Shown: positions 57,219-64,000 of the stretch, one piece after another
Layout of the letters: every line of letters starts with the position of its first letter
Numbering within the stretch: the first letter of the stretch is position 1
Origin: Candidatus Gastranaerophilales bacterium
GTDB taxonomy: Bacteria > Cyanobacteriota > Vampirovibrionia > Gastranaerophilales > Gastranaerophilaceae
DNA length: 64,000 nucleotides
Reading direction: 5' to 3'
Assembly: GCA_944323625.1 (NCBI GenBank)
Contig: CALUTD010000002.1
Location: 102,168 to 166,167 of the forward strand
Made by a program: the position numbers and the translations under genes
The notes under the pieces: model-generated
What the model was told of the DNA's origin: nothing
Database searches by the model: none
What the model saw: the letters and a program-made list of their open reading frames with translations, nothing else

Positions 57219-58472
57219 ATGGGACAAACAATTGCAGAAAAAATTTTATCGGAACACGCAAATAAACCCGTAAAACCGGGTGAATTGGTAATAGCAAATA
57301 TTGATGCGGTAATGGTTCAGGACGGAACAGGGCCTCTTGCCGTAAGTGAATTTAAAAAGCTTAATAAAGATAAACTGTTTAATCCTCAAAGAACAATACT
57401 GTTCATAGACCATGCCGCACCGAGTCCGCGAAAAGAACTTTCAAATTCACATACCGTATTAAGAAATTTTGCTAAAGAATATGGTGCTGTATTATCAGAA
57501 GTCGGAGAAGGTGTATGCCATCAAAGACTTATTGAAAGTTATGTAAACCCCGGTGAAATACTTTTGGGTGCAGACTCTCATACATGTACATCAGGAGCAT
57601 TAGGTGCACTCGCCACAGGTGTTGGTTCTACGGATATAGCGGTTGTTATGGCGCTTGGCAAAACCTGGCTTAAAGTTCCGTCAACATATAAAATAGTACT
57701 CGAAGGCGAGTTTCCCAAAGGTGTTTATGCAAAAGATTTAATTCTTCATTTAATAGGTTTAATAGGGGCTGATGGTGCTACATATAAGGCTCTTGAGTTT
57801 ACGGGAAGCGCTGTTAAAAACCTTTCAATGTCAGACAGGTTTACGATTTCAAATATGGCTGTCGAAGCAGGGGCAAAAGCAGGTCTTTTTGAAACTGACG
57901 AAAAAACCTTTGAATACCTTAAAGAACATTCACGGGCTGATAAATATAAACAAATAAAAGCTGATTCTGATGCCGTATATGAAAGGGTAATTAATATAAA
58001 TCTTAACAATTTAAAACCGACCATTTCTTGCCCTCACACGGTTGATAATACTAAAACAATAGATGAAATTGATAAAATTGAAATAAATCAGGTATATATA
58101 GGAACCTGTACAAACGGTCGTATTGAAGATTTAAGAATAGCAGCTGAAATTTTAAAAGGTAAAAAAGTAAAAGAAGGCGTAAGGCTTTTAGTCGCCCCCG
58201 CTTCAAGAAAAGTATTTTTAGAAGCGCTTAACGAGGGAATAATTTCGACTCTTGTAGAATCAGGTGCATCTATTGTAACATCAGGCTGCGGCGCTTGTGT
58301 TGGTGTCCATGCCGGTATACTCGGCGACGGAGAGGTTTGTTTGGCAACACAAAACAGAAACTTTAAAGGCAGAATGGGTAATACTGAAGGTTTTATATAT
58401 TTGTCATCGCCGGCAACAGCTGCATATAGTGCGATAAAAGGATACATAGCCGATGTGAGGGAGGTTTTATAA
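57219..58472 (+). CDS. Aconitase-family dehydratase large subunit (LeuC/HacA type, 417 aa)
   Basis: ADSHTCTSGALGA, GTCTNGR and SGCGACVG cluster ligands. Confidence 0.8.
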   Translation: MGQTIAEKILSEHANKPVKPGELVIANIDAVMVQDGTGPLAVSEFKKLNKDKLFNPQRTILFIDHAAPSPRKELSNSHTVLRNFAKEYGAVLSEVGEGVCHQRLIESYVNPGEILLGADSHTCTSGALGALATGVGSTDIAVVMALGKTWLKVPSTYKIVLEGEFPKGVYAKDLILHLIGLIGADGATYKALEFTGSAVKNLSMSDRFTISNMAVEAGAKAGLFETDEKTFEYLKEHSRADKYKQIKADSDAVYERVININLNNLKPTISCPHTVDNTKTIDEIDKIEINQVYIGTCTNGRIEDLRIAAEILKGKKVKEGVRLLVAPASRKVFLEALNEGIISTLVESGASIVTSGCGACVGVHAGILGDGEVCLATQNRNFKGRMGNTEGFIYLSSPATAAYSAIKGYIADVREVL

Positions 58473-58972
58473 TGGAATTAAAAGGAAAAGCATTTAAATT
58501 TGGAGACAATATATCAACAGACCATATAGCGCCGGGCAGATTATTTCACCTTCGCTCTAACCTTCCTGAACTTGCAAAGCATGTATTGGAAGATGCAGAT
58601 CCTGAATTTGCTTCAAAAATGAAAAAAGGTGATTTTGTTGTTGCAGGTAATAATTTCGGACTCGGTTCTTCAAGAGAACATGCACCTCAAATTATAAAAA
58701 TAGCCGGTGTTGGCGCAGTTTTGGCAAAAAGTTTTGCAAGAATATTTTACCGTAATGCAATAAATATAGGACTTCTTTTAATTGAATGCGATACAGATAA
58801 AATTAATGACGGTGATGAACTTGAAATAGACATAAAAGAAGGTTATGTACATAATAAAACTCAAAATACAAAAATGCCTATTACTCCTTTACCTGATGTT
58901 ATGATAAAACTGCTTAATGAGGGCGGCTTAATTGAACACATCAAACTTCACGGTGATTTTGATTTGGTATAA
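58472..58972 (+). CDS. Aconitase-family dehydratase small subunit (LeuD/HacB type)
   Basis: GNNFGLGSSREHAP; 166 aa. The start overlaps the stop of the large-subunit gene. Confidence 0.8.
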   Translation: MELKGKAFKFGDNISTDHIAPGRLFHLRSNLPELAKHVLEDADPEFASKMKKGDFVVAGNNFGLGSSREHAPQIIKIAGVGAVLAKSFARIFYRNAINIGLLLIECDTDKINDGDELEIDIKEGYVHNKTQNTKMPITPLPDVMIKLLNEGGLIEHIKLHGDFDLV

Positions 58973-58981
58973 GGAGTTATT

Positions 58982-59977
58982 ATGCAAATAGTTACATTAA
59001 TCCCAGGCGACGGTATAGGGCCTGAAATAACGGATTCGGTTGTTAAAATTTTAAAAGCGGCAGATGCACAAATAGAATGGGACATCCAAACAGCAGGAGC
59101 CGATGTTGCCGAAGTTGAAGGCACTGCGTTGCCTCAAAGAGTTATTGATTCAATCAAAAAAAATAAAATTGCACTCAAAGCCCCGGTTACAACTCCTATA
59201 GGAAAGGGGTTTAGAAGTGTAAATGTTGCTCTCAGAAAAGAACTTGATTTATATGCAAATTTACGCCCCTGCAAAAATATTGAAGGCATAAAGACACGTT
59301 TTGATAACGTTGATTTGGTTATAGTAAGAGAAAATACAGAAGATTTATACGCAGGAATTGAAAGACAAATTGATGATGATACTGCTGAATCAATAAAAAT
59401 AATTACAAGAAAAGCATCTGAAAGAATAGCCAAATTCGCATTTGATTATGCAGTTAAGAATAAACGCAAAACCGTTACGGCAGTTACAAAAGCTAACATT
59501 TGCAAATTAACTGACGGTTTATTTTTAAATTGTGCAAGAGAAGTTGCTCAAAATTATCCCGAAATAAAATATAATGAAGTTTTAGTTGATAATCTATGTA
59601 TGCAATTAGTTCAAAATCCGGAAAAATATGATGTTTTAGTACTCCCTAATTTGTACGGGGATATTGTTTCTGATCTTTGTGCAGGTTTAATCGGTGGTTT
59701 AGGAATTGCAAAAGGTGCGAATATAGGAATTGACACTGCGGTATTTGAACCCGTTCATGGCAGCGCTCCTGATATTAAAGGTCAAAATAAAGCAAATCCT
59801 ACGGCACTACTTCTTTCTGCAATTGATTTATTAAAATATATAAACCAAAATCAAGTAGCAAAAAAAATTGAAAATGCTCTTTATAAAACATTAAAAGACG
59901 GAAAAATATTAACATATGACCTTGGCGGAAATGCCTTATGTTCTGAATTTACAAATGAGATAATAAACAATATATAA
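58982..59977 (+). CDS. Isocitrate/homoisocitrate/isopropylmalate dehydrogenase family enzyme
   Basis: IPGDGIGPE, VRENTEDLYAG and NLYGDIVSDL; 331 aa. Confidence 0.8.
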   Translation: MQIVTLIPGDGIGPEITDSVVKILKAADAQIEWDIQTAGADVAEVEGTALPQRVIDSIKKNKIALKAPVTTPIGKGFRSVNVALRKELDLYANLRPCKNIEGIKTRFDNVDLVIVRENTEDLYAGIERQIDDDTAESIKIITRKASERIAKFAFDYAVKNKRKTVTAVTKANICKLTDGLFLNCAREVAQNYPEIKYNEVLVDNLCMQLVQNPEKYDVLVLPNLYGDIVSDLCAGLIGGLGIAKGANIGIDTAVFEPVHGSAPDIKGQNKANPTALLLSAIDLLKYINQNQVAKKIENALYKTLKDGKILTYDLGGNALCSEFTNEIINNI

Positions 59978-60011
59978 TATAGAATTAGACGTTGTAACAA
60001 TTAGCTAAAAA

Positions 60012-60045
60012 AACATTCTAAATAAATTTAGAATGTTTTTTATTT
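60012..60045 (+). terminator. Rho-independent terminator after the dehydrogenase gene
   Basis: Stem aacattcta/tagaatgtt followed by a T-run. Confidence 0.75.
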
Positions 60046-60152
60046 GATATATTAAATTATGTTACAAAAATTATATACTCTTGTCATGTTTACAGGTAAA
60101 AAAAACTTTATATAACCATAAGAGAGTTTTAACATGAAAGAGAGAGTATATT

Positions 60153-60653
60153 ATGGGAATTAACAGTGTATTTAATCACTTTGATTACAGTAATTATCAA
60201 AAAAGTTCATCATCAAACGAAAATGCAAAACTAGCAGAATATGCAAAGCAATTTCAAGGATACAATGAATCTGACGGAAGTGCAAATATATTTCTTGGCG
60301 GCGGCAGTTCATCGGCAACACCTTGGTGCGCTGCATTTGTTGAATATTGTGTTGAAAACTGCGGTGATTCTGACATAGCAGATTGGTATGAAGATGTCGG
60401 CAATAAATGGTATTGCCCTGATATTTATGCCGCAGCTGAAGAAGCAGGTGCAATAGTAGACTCCAAAGAAGCTCAAATAGGTGATTTAGTTTTATTTGAC
60501 TGGGAAGGCGACGGAGTTCAAGATCATATCGGAATTTTCTTAGGATATGATGATGATGGAAATATGCTGACAATGGAAGGTAATACAAACGGCGGAGAAG
60601 CAAAAATCCAAAAAAGAAGTTTAGATAACGCAACATTCTGCTCTATGGCATAA
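60153..60653 (+). CDS. CHAP-domain (Cys/His amidohydrolase/peptidase) protein, leaderless
   Basis: ATPWCAAFVEYC (catalytic Cys), QDHIGIFLGY (His) and TMEGNTNG. No signal peptide. Confidence 0.75.
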   Translation: MGINSVFNHFDYSNYQKSSSSNENAKLAEYAKQFQGYNESDGSANIFLGGGSSSATPWCAAFVEYCVENCGDSDIADWYEDVGNKWYCPDIYAAAEEAGAIVDSKEAQIGDLVLFDWEGDGVQDHIGIFLGYDDDGNMLTMEGNTNGGEAKIQKRSLDNATFCSMA

Positions 60654-60667
60654 AAGATAAATGTAAT

Positions 60668-60702
60668 AAAAGGACTTTTATATAAAAGTCCTTTTATTTT
60701 TT
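60668..60702 (+). terminator. Rho-independent terminator
   Basis: Stem aaaaggactttt/aaaagtcctttt followed by a T-run. Confidence 0.8.
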
Positions 60703-60770
60703 ATAAAAAGTCAATTTTTATAAACAAAATTTTTTTATATATATATAAATTAAAAAGAGAGAGTCAATAT

Positions 60771-62684
60771 ATGAATATTAATTCATTAAAATCAGGATTT
60801 AAAGAATATCTGCAAGAATTAAATCAAATATCAAACAAAAACTATAAAACAGATTCGGATTATAGTATTTTTGAGTATTCAAATGAATTCTTAAAATATT
60901 TATCTGATGAAGTTCAAACAGATGCTTCTGTTTTTTCAATGAATATTAATGATATTTCAAATAATGATATTACAAACGGAGAAATAGATTTTGACAATCA
61001 AACAGGAGATTCGTATGAATCATCATCAACAGAAGAAGATTTAGCCAAGTTATTAAATACAATGTTTGAATTAGAAAATGTAAAATCGATAATTGATGCT
61101 GATTCCAACGGAGAACTTGATGATGATGAAATAATGAATTTTCTAAATTCAATTATCGGGTATGATAATAACGAAAAAACGCTTTCATTGGAAGATATAA
61201 TCAGCGCAATGAAAGATATAAATGATAATAATTTTAAGCTAAAAGAAGAAAGTCAAACAGAAACACAACCTCAATCAACAAATAATGCTACTTCTGGCAC
61301 AGCAGGTTCTTCAGGGGCAGCAGGTACTTCAGGAGGTGCTTCAGGTGTTTCAGGCTCGAGTTCTGCCGGCAGTGCGGGAAGTGCAGGTTCTTCATCAGGA
61401 ACCGGTTCATCAAGTAGTACATCAAGTGTTGATGACGGTGAAACATTAGAAGAATTAGAATCTTTAAGAACGGAAAAACAAGGCGAATTACAAGAAGCGC
61501 AAGATGCGGTAAGTGACGTTTATTCGGGTGAAAACGAAGCTGTAAAGCAGGCACAAGAAGATAGTGATAAAGCACAAGAAGAATATGATAAAGCTGTTGA
61601 AGAAGATGAAAATATATCAGAAGAATTAAAACAACAAAAAGAAGAAAACGATAAACAAATAGCAGAAAAAGAAAATACAATAAATCAAAAAAAGGCAGAC
61701 ATAAATACTAAAGAAAATGAAATTTCCGCAAAAGAATCGGAATTATCATCAGAACAATCTAATCTTGCTGCACTTCAATCGGCCCTTGCCACTTATGAAA
61801 CAACAAGCGAAGACTCTGAAAATCAGCAAGAAATGGCAGAAAAAAAAGCTGCCGTTAAACAAAAAATAGCTGATTCCGAAAAGAAAATTCAAGATATTAA
61901 AGATGCTATTCAAAAACTGAATGATGACAAAAAAACTCTTGAAGATGACAAAAAAATTGCAGAAGATGACCTCAACGGATTAAAACAGGATCAAACAACT
62001 ATACAAGGAGAAATAGCAAAAGTATGTAAACCTGAAACAAAAGAAGCAATGCAGGCTTGTAATGATGCAAAAAATAACTTAGAACAAGTAAAAACAACAG
62101 AAGAAACTAAAGCAAAAGAAGTTGTTGAAACCAAACAATCAGAATTAGATGAAATTAATAAAAAAATTGATGATAAAAAAGCACAAGAAACAATAAAAGA
62201 AAATTCTGCACAAGATAAATCAGTACAAGCTCTTCTTGATTTTGCATTATCAAAAGATGGTTTATCTGCAGAACAAATGAAAAAATTAATGCAAGAAGCC
62301 GGCTGTCAGTTTGATGATGGACAATGGTGTGCCGATTTTGTAACATATTGTTTAAAGCAGGTATATGGTGATGACATCCCGGGTGATTTTGCAAATACCT
62401 GCTCAAATACGGCATATTGCCCAACTATAGAAGAATGGGCAAAAAGTAACGGCTCTTATACAACAGATTCAAGCCAAGTTGAACCCGGTGATTTAATTAT
62501 TTATACAAGAAAAGGACAAGCCGGTCACATTGGTATTGTAACTTCCGTAAATGCAGACGGAACTGTAAATACAATTGAAGGCAACACTTCAAATGACAGC
62601 GGTGGTTACGGAAGCGGCTGGGTAAATGAGCATCATAATGTTAGCGACGCGAGAAGTTTTGTCAGACTAAGTGCGTTAAAATAA
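60771..62684 (+). CDS. Modular protein: conserved N-module, EF-hand-like loop, Ser/Gly linker, long coiled coil, C-terminal CHAP domain
   Basis: DADSNGELDDDE (nt 61095-61130), S/G tract (about 61289-61428), E/K/Q coiled coil, then QWCADFVTYC...GHIGIVTSV...IEGNTSN. Confidence 0.75.
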   Translation: MNINSLKSGFKEYLQELNQISNKNYKTDSDYSIFEYSNEFLKYLSDEVQTDASVFSMNINDISNNDITNGEIDFDNQTGDSYESSSTEEDLAKLLNTMFELENVKSIIDADSNGELDDDEIMNFLNSIIGYDNNEKTLSLEDIISAMKDINDNNFKLKEESQTETQPQSTNNATSGTAGSSGAAGTSGGASGVSGSSSAGSAGSAGSSSGTGSSSSTSSVDDGETLEELESLRTEKQGELQEAQDAVSDVYSGENEAVKQAQEDSDKAQEEYDKAVEEDENISEELKQQKEENDKQIAEKENTINQKKADINTKENEISAKESELSSEQSNLAALQSALATYETTSEDSENQQEMAEKKAAVKQKIADSEKKIQDIKDAIQKLNDDKKTLEDDKKIAEDDLNGLKQDQTTIQGEIAKVCKPETKEAMQACNDAKNNLEQVKTTEETKAKEVVETKQSELDEINKKIDDKKAQETIKENSAQDKSVQALLDFALSKDGLSAEQMKKLMQEAGCQFDDGQWCADFVTYCLKQVYGDDIPGDFANTCSNTAYCPTIEEWAKSNGSYTTDSSQVEPGDLIIYTRKGQAGHIGIVTSVNADGTVNTIEGNTSNDSGGYGSGWVNEHHNVSDARSFVRLSALK

Positions 62685-62715
62685 ATTTCATTTATGAAGT
62701 TTTGTAAAAATATGA

Positions 62716-62753
62716 ACAATTTAGATAATTTTTAATTATCTAAATTGTTTTTA
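62716..62753 (+). terminator. Rho-independent terminator
   Basis: Stem acaatttagataatt/aattatctaaattgt followed by tttt. Confidence 0.75.
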
Positions 62754-62783
62754 TAAATATAGGTATTAATTAAGAGAGAAACT

Positions 62784-64000
62784 ATGGACATCAATACATT
62801 AAAATTAGGATTTAATGCATATCTTCAAGAATTAAATGAAATGTCTAATAAGAACTATCAAGAAATAGATTCTGATTATAGCATTTTCAAATATTCCGAT
62901 GAATTTAAAACGTATGTATCTGATGAAGTACAGACAGATGCTTCCATTTTTTCTATGAGTGTAAATGACATATTAGATATGGAAATTGTAAACGGCAAAT
63001 TAGTCGACCCCGAGAAAGAAGCAGAAAAGACACAAGTTGGGGATTCATTTGAAACAACTTCCGAATCGGAAGAAACAAATGATCAAACAGATAACACACA
63101 ACTGCAACAAGGGCAGGAAACAAATCTAACAGATAGTAGCGAAGCAAATAATGAAGAAATTATGCCTGCATTATTAAATGAAATGTTTGAATTGGATTAT
63201 GTGCAAAATGCAATGGATTCAGATTCAAACGGAGAAATAAACGAAGATGAAATGCAGTCATTCTTAACATCAATTAGCGGATTTGATAATAATGAAAATG
63301 ATATCTCGTTAGAAGATATTATGACAGCTTTAGATGAAATAAAAAATGGTACATTTAATCAGGAAGAAGAAATAGAAGAAGCAGAAAATGAAGTTGAAGA
63401 ACTTGCTGCAACTACACCAAGTACCTCTAATTCAACAGGAACTTCAGGTTCTTCAGGTGGTTCAGGTGTTTCAGGAACGTCCGGCGCATCAGGGGTTTCA
63501 GGCTCAGGTTCTGCCGGAGGCAGCGGTTCAAGCGGAACAACAGGAACTCAGGAAAAAACTCTTCAAACAATGAGCAAAGAAGAATTAAATTCAGAATTAA
63601 CAAAAGCAAATTCAGATTTGTCAGATAAACAAGCGGTTCTTGATGGTGTTTTAGACGGCAGTGATCCTGAAATAAAAGCTGCTCAAGAAAATGTTGATAA
63701 AAATTACGAAGAATATCAGGAACAACTTAAAGCAGTTGATGAAGAAATGGCAAAACAAGTTGATGATATAAAAACAAGACAAGATGCTAAACAAGCAGAA
63801 ATCGATGCAAAAGAAGGCGAAATTTCAGATCAGGAATGTGCTGTTTCAGAAGCTGAAACTACATACAATAATGCAGTTACAACAAGAGAAACATTAGAAA
63901 CTACTCTTCAAGGACTTGAAAGCGCTGATCAAAGTGACATGGATGCAACAAAAAAAGGTGAATTAAATTCACAAATATCCGAGTTAAAAGGTAAAATTTC
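62784..64000 (+). CDS. Paralog of 60771..62684 (N-module, EF-hand loop, S/G linker, coiled coil); the 3' end lies beyond the window
   Basis: My translation from ATG 62784 is open to the window edge: MDINTLKLGFNAYLQELNEMSNKNYQEIDSDYSIFKYSDEF...DSDSNGEINEDE (63216-63251)...TSGSSGGSGVSG... It is absent from the track because it has no stop in the window. Confidence 0.75.
   Translation, partial: MDINTLKLGFNAYLQELNEMSNKNYQEIDSDYSIFKYSDEFKTYVSDEVQTDASIFSMSVNDILDMEIVNGKLVDPEKEAEKTQVGDSFETTSESEETNDQTDNTQLQQGQETNLTDSSEANNEEIMPALLNEMFELDYVQNAMDSDSNGEINEDEMQSFLTSISGFDNNENDISLEDIMTALDEIKNGTFNQEEEIEEAENEVEELAATTPSTSNSTGTSGSSGGSGVSGTSGASGVSGSGSAGGSGSSGTTGTQEKTLQTMSKEELNSELTKANSDLSDKQAVLDGVLDGSDPEIKAAQENVDKNYEEYQEQLKAVDEEMAKQVDDIKTRQDAKQAEIDAKEGEISDQECAVSEAETTYNNAVTTRETLETTLQGLESADQSDMDATKKGELNSQISELKGKI

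Noticed and set aside
61289-61428. Ser/Gly-coding GC-richer repeats (also 63421-63552) as a tandem-repeat or CRISPR-like array
   Set aside because: They are in-frame low-complexity linkers (TSGTAGSSGAAGTSGG...) inside long ORFs. There is no regular repeat-spacer periodicity.
60153-64000. The CHAP gene array as a prophage lysis module
   Set aside because: No holin, portal, capsid, tail, integrase or att-like repeats occur in the window. Each gene has its own terminator. The question stays open because the region continues past the window edge.

Overview
AT-rich, densely coding bacterial chromosomal window with about 60 genes on both strands. I saw no rRNA, CRISPR array, transposase or integrase.

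Most of the content is housekeeping:
- RNase E/G next to a fused radical-SAM gene, a family-4 UDG, and two amino-acid transporters.
- fabI, hydG, an ACT/UPF0210 pair, sucCD, a PfkB heptose-kinase-like gene, a ROK glucokinase, holA/holB and bioF-bioG-bioC.
- A dcw block murF-mraY-murD-ftsW-murG followed by folC, then kdsA.
- A REC-histidine kinase/NarL pair and a tRNA-Thr/tRNA-Tyr/tRNA-Thr-tuf operon.
- trxA, and a (homo)citrate-synthase-like + LeuCD-like + IDH-like module.

The cyanobacterial-looking EF-Tu, the FTL(A/S)EVLITL pilin-like genes and the fermentative gene set suggest a non-photosynthetic cyanobacterial relative (Melainabacteria/Gastranaerophilales-like). This is inference only.

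Main items worth a second look:
1. Long G/C homopolymer tracts.
   - Two paralogous pilin-like genes carry the tract inside their leader-peptide codons. One is out of frame (G9) and one is in frame (G11).
   - A third locus has a perfect 12-nt cG10a/tC10g inverted repeat bracketing a 135-bp AT-rich promoter-like segment, upstream of a gene with an internal tandem duplication.
2. The 525-bp fabI-hydG gap is strongly GC-enriched and helix-rich. It is a candidate structured RNA of unknown class.
3. Three tandem leaderless CHAP-domain genes. Two share the architecture N-module + EF-hand loop + Ser/Gly linker + coiled coil, and gene 2 ends in CHAP (gene 3 runs off the window edge before any CHAP could appear).
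4. Orphan large proteins:
   - an SF1B helicase fused to a PD-(D/E)xK-like tail;
   - a split HNH motif fused to a long coiled coil;
   - a 916-aa protein with a possible toxin-like C-terminus;
   - an 872-aa repeat-containing coiled-coil protein.
5. A frameshifted membrane-protein paralog, and a GC-rich 106-nt spacer where E. coli has glyT in the thrU-tyrU-glyT-thrT-tufB operon.

All calls come from reading the sequence and the ORF track. No database search was possible.
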